Positions 1 to 7,863 of a stretch of 52,705 nt of DNA are shown here, piece by piece (the stretch's first letter is position 1; each line of letters opens with the position of its first letter). The position numbers and the translations under genes are program-made. Location of the stretch: positions 1-52,705 of the forward strand of contig CAZKWY010000003.1 of the NCBI GenBank assembly GCA_964556655.1, given 5' to 3'. This DNA is from an uncultured Candidatus Saccharibacteria bacterium. Lineage in GTDB: Bacteria; Patescibacteriota; Minisyncoccia; Portnoybacterales; UBA2143. The notes beneath the pieces are model-generated. The model made no database searches. It saw nothing but the letters and a program-made list of their open reading frames with translations, and was not told the origin of the DNA.

Positions 1-25
1 TTGTTAATACTTTATCCTAAAAGTG

Positions 26-2605
26 TTAACAACGCGAGCTATTCTTACAGTTAATTTCATCTCTTAGTTTAGTTGCTTCTTCTTTGGGACTGGCGGAAAA
101 AATAACGCCGCGGGAAGAATTGACGATAAGACCTTTGCCTTTGGCGTTAAGGCCAGCTTTAACTACTGCCTCTATGTTTCCTCCTTGAATACCTATGCCT
201 GGCACTAAAAAAGTCATTTCGTCCACAATTTTCCTGATGTCGGCCATTTCCACAGGATAAGTAGCTCCAACCACTAAAAGACAATTATTATTCTTATTCC
301 ATTCGTCTCTTACTTTTTTCGCCACGATTTGCCAAATAGGCTCTCCGCCAGAAATTAAATCTTGCAGTTCCCCCGCCCCCGGATTAGAGGTTCGGCATAG
401 CACAATAATCCCTTTGTCGCTTCTATTTAAGAAAGGCTCCATCGCTTCTCTTCCCAGGTAGGGATGAACAGTTATTGCGTCAAAATCAAGCCAATCCAAG
501 ATAGAGCCAATATATCCTTTATTAGTATTGCCAATATCTCCTCTTTTGGCATCGCAGATACGAAAAATATCGGGATAGTTCTCTTTTAAATAATCAACGG
601 ATTTCTTTAATTCTATCAGGCCTTGGCTGCCCCGCTCCTCATAAAAGGCAATATTGAATTTATAGGCAGCCACATAAGAATGGGTCTGGTCTATAATTTG
701 CTTGTTGAATTCGAATTGGGGAAAATCCGCTGTCCGAAAAGATTCCGGAAGCTTGTCGATGTCTGAATCAAGGCCAACGCAAAGGAGCGAATTTACCTTG
801 TCCGCCCTTTGATTGTATTTATCAATAATGCTTTGATGCCAGCTAAAAGGATCGACGATAAATCTTTTTACTGCCGCTTCTTCTTGGACATCAATAATGC
901 CTCTGCTTAAAGCTTCTGTCAGAACAGAGGAAAAATCGGTCAAAGAATAAAAATTAATTCCCGCTTCGTAAAAAGCTTTTTTAGATTGTTCAAAACCGTA
1001 GCTAAAAATAGCTAGACAGCTTGAAACCTTCGCGCCTTCCTCGCGCAAAGCTTTAACGCCAGCCAAAGCGCTGCCTCCGGTAGTTACTAAATCTTCGACT
1101 AAAAGCACTCTTTTGTCTTTAACATCGCCTCCAGCAATTCTTTTACTCAGGCCATGGTCTTTTGGTTTTTTCCTAACAAAAACCGACGGCTTTTTCAAAA
1201 GATAGCCTAAAGAAGCGCTGTGGGGAATACCGCCTGATTCTATCCCGGCGATAACATCAAATTGAAGATTGTTTTCTTCAATAACCTTGACAAAACCCTC
1301 AATAACTTTTTGCCAATGCTCTGGATAATAGGGAAGTTTTCTATTATCAACATAGACTGGCGATTTAATCCCAGAGACAAAAGTTATTAGCTCGTCAAAA
1401 GAAAAGCCAACCGCTTTTATCTCTAAAAGGATTTTGGCGATCTGTTTAGATAGATCGTTCATAGGATTATCATCTTCAGAAATCAAGACAAAACCCCTCC
1501 TTTTTGCCTCTTCTCGAGATGGAAAATTTATTTGTTCTTCTTTTTCTTTTATTTCTTTCGCTAAATAGGGATTCCACATAGCGCCGGTTGCAGACATTAC
1601 CGCTTCCGCGCCCTTTTGCCTATAAGCCAGATAATCCTCCCGAGAAAAAACGCCGCCTATGCCAACAAGGCTGTAAGAAAAACCCTGCTCTTCCCTAATA
1701 TTTTTGAGCCGTTCTGTCATTTCCAAGCCAGCCCACCTGATAGCCTTGCCACAAACACCGCTTACCAGCCGCCCTTTGCCAGGTAAGGCCTGTTCGCCCG
1801 CTCCATCAACAACTTGCGCTGGAATAGTATTAATCGCCGAAATTCCTTCGACCAATCCGCCAACTTCGCTGACAAAAGACCTCAAAAGATAGTTGTCTTT
1901 AAAATAGGCGATTTTAACGATCAAAGGCGTATTCCCTATTTCATTTTTGACAGCTTCAACTGCTTTCCTGGCCGCTCTTACATTGAAACATAGTAAATCG
2001 TTTGTCCCCTCATTAGGGCAGCTAAAATTAACTTCTAAGACCTTAACTCCTGCCTCTCTTAAAAGCCGAGCAGCCAAAGCAAAATCCTTATAGTATTCCT
2101 CAGGGCTTCCATTGTTGCTTTTAGTCCCCTGAAAGCTCCCTATCAATAATTGCCCTTCGCGAGCGCTAGCTATTGCTCGACTGATATCTTCCTGCCAAAA
2201 ATCAGGGTCAAAAGAAGGAGCGCCAAAAGAATTAGTAATAGAAAGAGGCTCTTGATAACTGCGATCAGCAACGAGAGATCTTGCCGCTTTTTTTTCGTCC
2301 AAATCCCCTTTTATTTTCACCGAAAGCACATTGGGCCATTCATAGCAGGGATATTTTCTTGTCCTGATTGTTTTATAGACGCAGAGATCAAATCCCTTAT
2401 CAAAAGCCGCTTTCACAAAACAACTGTTTAAAAGCGGTCCCGATGGAATGCCAAAAAAAGAATTAACTTTTTCTCCCAGAAACTCTCCGCCGCCAACGTC
2501 TTCTTTTTTTTCGAAAACTGCACCATCAGAAAAAGCGCCAAAAGGCCCTCTCTCAAAATTTTCCAAATAAGTTTTTTCCGGATCGTAAAACGGCTGATAA
2601 AGCAT
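26..2605 (-). CDS. Triple fusion: class 1 dihydroorotate dehydrogenase-like (PyrD) + orotate phosphoribosyltransferase (PyrE) + type 2 OMP decarboxylase (PyrF)
   Basis: NFSCPN catalytic-Cys motif and GIGGV FMN region (aa 1-~355); PRTase motif LLVEDLVTTGGS after internal Met382; ODCase motifs LCVGLD, KFNIAFYE, DAKRGDIGNT, LVPGIG. Confidence 0.9.
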   Translation of the reverse strand: MLYQPFYDPEKTYLENFERGPFGAFSDGAVFEKKEDVGGGEFLGEKVNSFFGIPSGPLLNSCFVKAAFDKGFDLCVYKTIRTRKYPCYEWPNVLSVKIKGDLDEKKAARSLVADRSYQEPLSITNSFGAPSFDPDFWQEDISRAIASAREGQLLIGSFQGTKSNNGSPEEYYKDFALAARLLREAGVKVLEVNFSCPNEGTNDLLCFNVRAARKAVEAVKNEIGNTPLIVKIAYFKDNYLLRSFVSEVGGLVEGISAINTIPAQVVDGAGEQALPGKGRLVSGVCGKAIRWAGLEMTERLKNIREEQGFSYSLVGIGGVFSREDYLAYRQKGAEAVMSATGAMWNPYLAKEIKEKEEQINFPSREEAKRRGFVLISEDDNPMNDLSKQIAKILLEIKAVGFSFDELITFVSGIKSPVYVDNRKLPYYPEHWQKVIEGFVKVIEENNLQFDVIAGIESGGIPHSASLGYLLKKPSVFVRKKPKDHGLSKRIAGGDVKDKRVLLVEDLVTTGGSALAGVKALREEGAKVSSCLAIFSYGFEQSKKAFYEAGINFYSLTDFSSVLTEALSRGIIDVQEEAAVKRFIVDPFSWHQSIIDKYNQRADKVNSLLCVGLDSDIDKLPESFRTADFPQFEFNKQIIDQTHSYVAAYKFNIAFYEERGSQGLIELKKSVDYLKENYPDIFRICDAKRGDIGNTNKGYIGSILDWLDFDAITVHPYLGREAMEPFLNRSDKGIIVLCRTSNPGAGELQDLISGGEPIWQIVAKKVRDEWNKNNNCLLVVGATYPVEMADIRKIVDEMTFLVPGIGIQGGNIEAVVKAGLNAKGKGLIVNSSRGVIFSASPKEEATKLRDEINCKNSSRC

Positions 2606-2653
2606 AATATTACGATATTTGCTAGTTAGTATAGCATCATAAAAAGCGAAAGA

Positions 2654-2682
2654 AAAGAGCGCTGTTTTTTACAACGCTCTTT
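2654..2682 (-). terminator. Intrinsic terminator after pyrC
   Basis: AAAGAGCG...CGCTCTTT inverted repeat with T-rich tail on the minus strand. Confidence 0.6.
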
Positions 2683-2701
2683 AAAAAAAATCAACCAACC
2701 T

Positions 2702-3739
2702 TTATAACAGCCTTCCCTCATCTAATAAAGTCTTTCCCTTTAAGACTACTTTTTCTATTTTTCCTTTGAGAATCCATTTATCAAAAGGAGACCACCCGCA
2801 TTTAGTTTCATAACCTTCTTCACCCACGACAAACTCCTTATTAAGATCCACCTCGAGATAAGTTTTGGACAAAGCAGGAATATTAAATATTCTTTTAGGA
2901 TTTACGCAAAAAAGCCTAACAATATCGTTGTGCTTGATTTTTCTTTCTCTTACCGCCCTTAGCGCCAGCGCGAAGGCAGTTTCAAATCCCGGCACGCCAA
3001 AAACAGGAGGATCTTTTTCTTTTTCCTTAATCGTATGAGGAGCATGGTCTGTTTCTATGACATCGATAGTCCTGTCCCTCACTGCTTGCCAAAGAGCTTC
3101 TTGATCTTTCTTTTTCCTCAAAGGAGGTTTCATCTCGGCATAGCTGCCCATTTTTTCTCTATCTTTATCTGTCAAAAAAAGATGGTGCGGAGTAGCCCCG
3201 GCAGTAACCTTTTGTTTTTTGCTTTTGGCTTTTTTGACTAACTCAACTTCTTCCGCTGTAGACAAGTGGCAAATATGAAGACGCCGATTATAGCAATGAG
3301 CCAAGGCCAGCACCGCGGCAGCATGAATATCTTCCGCGTGAACTAGGATCGGTTTAGAGGAATGCCAATTTTTAAAAACTTCTTCCAAGACGCCCAGCTT
3401 ATCGATCAATAAATCGCCCGTTGTATGATTGCAATAAACTTTGAGACCGAAAATTTTATTATTCCCCCATGCCTGCTTAAAACTTCTTATATTCTTTCCG
3501 TTTGTGCCATAATAAAAGCCGACCTCGCAGATCGACTTTTTTTGAGCTAAAGAAATTTTTTGCCTTAATCTCCCCAACGAAGTGGTAGGCAAAGGATTGT
3601 TGGGCATATCGACAATAAAAACAAAGCCTCCCTTAACTGCCGACCGAGAGCCGGTTGAAAAATCCTCCTTATGGACAGCTCCCGGTTCCCGCAAATGACA
3701 GTGAATATCTATCAAACCCGGAAATCTTTTTCTAGGCAT
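2702..3739 (-). CDS. pyrC: Dihydroorotase
   Basis: DIHCHLREPG, DMPN, HLST, TDHAPH, KCGWSPF motifs; adjacent to the pyrDEF fusion. Confidence 0.92.
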   Translation of the reverse strand: MPRKRFPGLIDIHCHLREPGAVHKEDFSTGSRSAVKGGFVFIVDMPNNPLPTTSLGRLRQKISLAQKKSICEVGFYYGTNGKNIRSFKQAWGNNKIFGLKVYCNHTTGDLLIDKLGVLEEVFKNWHSSKPILVHAEDIHAAAVLALAHCYNRRLHICHLSTAEEVELVKKAKSKKQKVTAGATPHHLFLTDKDREKMGSYAEMKPPLRKKKDQEALWQAVRDRTIDVIETDHAPHTIKEKEKDPPVFGVPGFETAFALALRAVRERKIKHNDIVRLFCVNPKRIFNIPALSKTYLEVDLNKEFVVGEEGYETKCGWSPFDKWILKGKIEKVVLKGKTLLDEGRLL

Positions 3740-3821
3740 GCTTTAAATATAGCAAAAAGAAAGCAAAAAAGAAAGCGCCGTTTTAAAACGACTTGTTAAG
3801 GTGCTTAGCTTTGAAATACTG

Positions 3822-4088
3822 CTATCCACGTTTTCCTTCAAAGCCTAGTCCCAGCGCTACTGCCTTGGCAATTCTTGTGCTAATAAGAGAATTTTTATTG
3901 GGCACTACCCTGACATCCTCGACCTGTTTTAGGTCAACTTTATTCTCTTTCAAAAATCTGTCAATAGCAGGCACAAGGGTTTCACTTAGATAATAAAGGC
4001 CTTCCCATTGGCACTGGGCAATTTCTTTTTGCTCTTCTTTTAAGATAAGAGTAGGTTTTGATTTTGATAAATCAACTACTAAGACCAT
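3822..4088 (-). CDS. Short TsaB-like protein (N-terminal domain only)
   Basis: SETLVPAIDRFLKE...V...S..STRIAKAVALGL resembles the TsaB/YeaZ N-terminal half. Confidence 0.55.
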   Translation of the reverse strand: MVLVVDLSKSKPTLILKEEQKEIAQCQWEGLYYLSETLVPAIDRFLKENKVDLKQVEDVRVVPNKNSLISTRIAKAVALGLGFEGKRG

Positions 4089-4309
4089 TCTTTATCTAAT
4101 TTAAAAACTTTACTTCTCCTTTTAGCGCCTTTTAATAATTTTACCTGATTAATAGAAAGATGAAAATATTTTGCCAGCAGAAAAGCAATAGCTCTATTGG
4201 CTTGACCGTGAAGAGGCCTAGCTTTTGTCCATACTTCAAAACTATCTTTCGCCCTTGCCACGACTTCTTCTTTACCAGCTTCAGTAAAAGCTTTTACCTT
4301 TATCAACAT
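4079..4309 (-). CDS. DUF167/YggU family protein
   Basis: ARP..GQANRAI..LLAKYF and KGAKRRSK pattern; 76 aa. Confidence 0.85.
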   Translation of the reverse strand: MLIKVKAFTEAGKEEVVARAKDSFEVWTKARPLHGQANRAIAFLLAKYFHLSINQVKLLKGAKRRSKVFKLDKEWS

Positions 4310-4325
4310 AAGCTCGACAGATAGT

Positions 4326-5522
4326 TCAGCCTATTTGGCTAACAAAATAGTTCCTGTTTTTAAAAAAGTGGCGAGCCTGTTTAGCGATTCTTTTCTCCGC
4401 TTCTTCGGGGGCTAAGCCGCCTATTTCCTTAAAAAATGTAGCTACCCGGCCAAAGAAAAGGCATCCCAAGGCTTCAATCAAAGCGCTTTTACGAACGCCA
4501 TTTTTTTTATAAAAGGCCAAGAAATCATAGACAATTTTAGACCAAAGTTCTTCGTTAACTTCGGTCCCGTTCTTTAGGCTATAGTTAAGTTTACTGCTGA
4601 TTTTTTCTCCTAAAGCTTTGGTAATAATATGGCAGTTTTGCGAATATTTTTCCAAAAATATTTTTCTAAATAGCTCCTCTTCCGGCTCCGCGTTGGCCAA
4701 GATCGGCAACTGCCTGCCTCCTTTAACATCAATCTTTTCCACTTCTTTTCTTTTTTTAATTTGGTCTAAGTCGCCTAAAAGAGCGTCGAAAAGCGTGCCG
4801 GTTACCTGAAAAAACATTGGTCCCAGCTTGGGAGTAGATAAATCGTGGAGCTTAGAGCCTAAGTTAGCTTGGCAAACACGCATCCTTTTATCAAACAAGG
4901 CTGTCAAAGACATAAAAATATCTATCCCAAACTGATAAGTGGTCTGTTTCCATTTCTTCTCTAGCCACGCATGGCTCATTTTAGAAGAAAAGCCGAATTC
5001 TCCGCCAATCGGCTGACGCAAATCATATCCTAAAAGCCCGTAAACAAGAGGATAGATAAGATGGTTAGTAATGGTAGCGTCTGTCTTGCATCGCAGATAG
5101 TACGGAGCGACAAAATCATATCCTTGATAAATTGGTTCGATCAATCTTTTCATCCATTCCGGACGAATAGTTTTCAAATCGCTGTCTACGGTTGCCCCAG
5201 CCTTAGCCTTCATCTCTTTCATCATCAAAAATTGATTGCGCAAATTATACCCTTTACCAGTAATCCCTTTTGGCGTTTCGACATAGACTAAAGGAACATT
5301 GACCGAAGCGGAAAAAAAAGCATCCTGAACCTCAGGACAAACATCGTGATTAAAATTGATAATAGCGCATGTCTTGCCGGAAAAATATTTTTCTAAGCCC
5401 TTGCCTGCCTGCTCAACCACAAAAGCCATCGTTTTAAACTGGTCATAGCTAGGAATTCCGACAATAATTTCTGCTTGTTTTATCTTTTGAGGGTTTTTAA
5501 TCTTCATAAAAAAACCAAACAA
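4326..5522 (-). CDS. GT-A glycosyltransferase, glucosylglycerate/mannosylglycerate synthase-like
   Basis: VGIPSY, GKG, DSD (DxD), QPIGGEF, FGIDI motifs. Confidence 0.7.
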   Translation of the reverse strand: MFGFFMKIKNPQKIKQAEIIVGIPSYDQFKTMAFVVEQAGKGLEKYFSGKTCAIINFNHDVCPEVQDAFFSASVNVPLVYVETPKGITGKGYNLRNQFLMMKEMKAKAGATVDSDLKTIRPEWMKRLIEPIYQGYDFVAPYYLRCKTDATITNHLIYPLVYGLLGYDLRQPIGGEFGFSSKMSHAWLEKKWKQTTYQFGIDIFMSLTALFDKRMRVCQANLGSKLHDLSTPKLGPMFFQVTGTLFDALLGDLDQIKKRKEVEKIDVKGGRQLPILANAEPEEELFRKIFLEKYSQNCHIITKALGEKISSKLNYSLKNGTEVNEELWSKIVYDFLAFYKKNGVRKSALIEALGCLFFGRVATFFKEIGGLAPEEAEKRIAKQARHFFKNRNYFVSQIG

Positions 5523-5537
5523 AAATCCCCCTTACTG

Positions 5538-6293
5538 TTAATTTTTCTCTTCTTCACCCGCACTCCAGCGATAGTTACAATAATCACACTCTGGATTAGG
5601 CGCGGGCAAAGTTTCGCTAGTCAGACATTCGCGCGCCTCCGACAATTTCCCTTCTATCCAAGAATCATCTCCCTGATAGGGAAGCAAATGAATGTCAAAC
5701 TCTAATTTTCCATCAAAAGCTTCGGCGTCTGTCTTGCCGTTGACGTAAACAAAATAACATGTTGGCGCCACCTTAAAACCATTCCTTCTAAAAAGCCACT
5801 GGTAGACCTCTACTTGTCTTTTATATGCCTTCTGCCAGTCGGCGTCAAGATTAATAGGACTGTTTTTTGCCGTGGCCTTGTAGTCAACAACAATTAACTC
5901 TTTTTGCGGATTAATCCAAACATCGTCTATCGCTCCAGAAATCAAGAAATTAGTCGGCTGGTGAAAAAATTGAATGCCAACCCAATTATTGCGCCATTCG
6001 TCTATTTTTTCATGCTGGAAAGGAATGGCTTCTACTTGATAATGGTTCATTAGAGGATGGCTTTCTCCTCTAGCGCGGTGAAGATCAAATTCTTTTTTTA
6101 ATAAGGCATCTACTGCTGAATTAAGAGCGAAAGGAAAACCAGGCGGACGCCCCACTCCCAAGCGACGGTCCAAATAAAAACAACGAGGACAATTTATAAA
6201 CAGATCTATTTTTGAACGGCTTAACTTAAAAGGATCCCTGCCGCGAGGATCAAAAAGGCCATAAGTTTTTTTAGGATTATAGTATTCAGACAT
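5538..6293 (-). CDS. PD-(D/E)XK nuclease, Cas4/AddB-like, solo
   Basis: LSRS..CPRCFY, GAIDD, VVDYK, Q...Y and C-terminal CDYC. Confidence 0.85.
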   Translation of the reverse strand: MSEYYNPKKTYGLFDPRGRDPFKLSRSKIDLFINCPRCFYLDRRLGVGRPPGFPFALNSAVDALLKKEFDLHRARGESHPLMNHYQVEAIPFQHEKIDEWRNNWVGIQFFHQPTNFLISGAIDDVWINPQKELIVVDYKATAKNSPINLDADWQKAYKRQVEVYQWLFRRNGFKVAPTCYFVYVNGKTDAEAFDGKLEFDIHLLPYQGDDSWIEGKLSEARECLTSETLPAPNPECDYCNYRWSAGEEEKN

Positions 6294-6297
6294 AAGA

Positions 6298-6510
6298 TTA
6301 ATCTTTTTTCTTCTCTTCTAAAGGCTTTTTAGGCATAACCATTATTGCCAAAAGATAAGCAATTAAGCCCGGTAAAAATCCCGTAAAAACAAAGATAATG
6401 ACCCAAATCAACCTTAAGATAACTGGATCAATTTGCGCGTATTCTCCCACCCCTCCGAAGACGCCGGCAAGAACTTTATTTTTTTCGCTGCGATAAATTT
6501 TTTTTGACAT
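6298..6510 (-). CDS. PspC domain membrane protein
   Basis: KIYRS..K.LAGV.GG.GEY..IDP...RL and one TM segment. Confidence 0.9.
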   Translation of the reverse strand: MSKKIYRSEKNKVLAGVFGGVGEYAQIDPVILRLIWVIIFVFTGFLPGLIAYLLAIMVMPKKPLEEKKKD

Positions 6511-6524
6511 ATTTTATCATCTCC

Positions 6525-6679
6525 TTAAGATTGGCAAGTTATTTTATAGATAACTCCCGCCTTATCATCGGTTAGATACATTATCTCTCCCGGCTGAAGC
6601 ATAATATCCGCCAACCGACCCAAGCTAAAAGTCCTAAAACAATAATTAAAAGAGCGGTGATGATAATTTTTTTAATAAT
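6525..6679 (-). pseudogene. Internally deleted PQQ-dependent sugar/sorbosone dehydrogenase-like remnant
   Basis: Hand translation: hydrophobic N-terminus IIKKIIITALLIIVLGLLAWVG joined out of frame to GRLADIMLQPGEIMYLTDDKAGVIYKITCQS*, matching the GRP.D...DG.LYVSDD.AG.IYRI C-terminus of that family. Confidence 0.65.
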
Positions 6680-6711
6680 AGGATTATTTTAACAAACAAA
6701 TAAAGCAATGT

Positions 6712-7863
6712 CTAGTGGTGTTTTCTCTGCCTGCGGCTCGCTTTCAAGCTAAAACGATGAGCCTCCTCTCTCACCCTTAAAAGAGTTTCTTTACTATTTC
6801 CCGCCAGCTGCTTAAAGCTTCTTTTCGTCCGAGAAGGAAAAACCAAGCAATCCCCTTTAAATTTAGAGATGCCCAAGAAAGAAATACGGATGCCTTTTTC
6901 TTTAAAAATATTTTCCAGATAACTAATTTGCGGCCGGCCGCCGTCTATCACTATTAAGTCGGGATAAGGCCATTCATAATGGTTGAATCGTCTTGTCAAA
7001 ACTTCAGCCAAGGCCCGTAAATCGTCATTGGCAGGAGCTTCCCTTATTTTAAACAAGCGATAACAGCTTTTATCCGGCAGAAGGCCGTTAAAAACAACCA
7101 AAGCGCCAATTGTCTCCCTGCCTCTTAAATGAGAAATATCATATCCTTCAATACGATTAAAAGAGAAGGAGGGAAGTTCTTCTTTGGCCAGAAGAGAAAC
7201 ATCTTGGAGATGCTGAAGCGCCTTTGCTTTAAGCGGATTTTCTTTCGCCAGCTTATTCAAAAGCCTTTTTTTCTTGCCAGACAAAAGAAGGATAAGATGA
7301 TTAATGTTTTTTTGGTATTCTTTTTTATCCGCCGTACCAAGGCACACTCCCAGACAAAGACCGATTTGATAGTCAAAGCAGGGTTTGCCGGAAAAAGGCT
7401 TGCAAGTGCTATAAGGAAAAATCCGGCGAATAATTTTTAGGGAAGACCTAATGAGAGACCAGCTCTGGTAAGGTCCAAAAATTCGCGCTCCCGAAAAAGA
7501 AAATTTTTCCATTTCTCTCTGTCTAGCGATAAAAGGACGAGGAAACTCCTCTTTGGGAATAATCAAATACAAAAAAGAACGATTGTCGCGATCTTTGACA
7601 TTGTATTTAGGCCAATGTTTTTTAATTAAGTTAGCTTCTAAAATAATTGCTTCTAAAAGATTAGCTGTTTTTCTATGGCTGATTTTTCTTGCTTTTTTAA
7701 CCATTTCTTCAAGCCGCGGATCACGAGTTTTGAAATAGTTGGCCACTCTTCTCCTCAAAGAAACAGCCCGGCCGATGTAAAGCGGTTTCCCGTCGCAATC
7801 CAAAAAAAGATAAACACCGGGAGTCAAAGGAAGTTTTTTTGCTTGATTGATAAGATCTGTCAT
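6712..7863 (-). CDS. uvrC: Excinuclease ABC subunit C, compact form
   Basis: GIY-YIG PGVYLF...LYIGRA, Cys cluster, RIEGYDISH, IDGG, VREEAHRF; no C-terminal HhH. Confidence 0.9.
   Translation of the reverse strand: MTDLINQAKKLPLTPGVYLFLDCDGKPLYIGRAVSLRRRVANYFKTRDPRLEEMVKKARKISHRKTANLLEAIILEANLIKKHWPKYNVKDRDNRSFLYLIIPKEEFPRPFIARQREMEKFSFSGARIFGPYQSWSLIRSSLKIIRRIFPYSTCKPFSGKPCFDYQIGLCLGVCLGTADKKEYQKNINHLILLLSGKKKRLLNKLAKENPLKAKALQHLQDVSLLAKEELPSFSFNRIEGYDISHLRGRETIGALVVFNGLLPDKSCYRLFKIREAPANDDLRALAEVLTRRFNHYEWPYPDLIVIDGGRPQISYLENIFKEKGIRISFLGISKFKGDCLVFPSRTKRSFKQLAGNSKETLLRVREEAHRFSLKASRRQRKHH

Noticed and set aside
1445-1462. PyrE domain and the aldolase (28689) both begin MNDLSK
   Set aside because: Identity stops after six residues and synonymous positions differ; treated as coincidence
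5538-6293. Cas4-like nuclease as a sign of CRISPR-Cas
   Set aside because: No cas1/cas2 or repeat-spacer array seen; solo PD-(D/E)XK proteins are common
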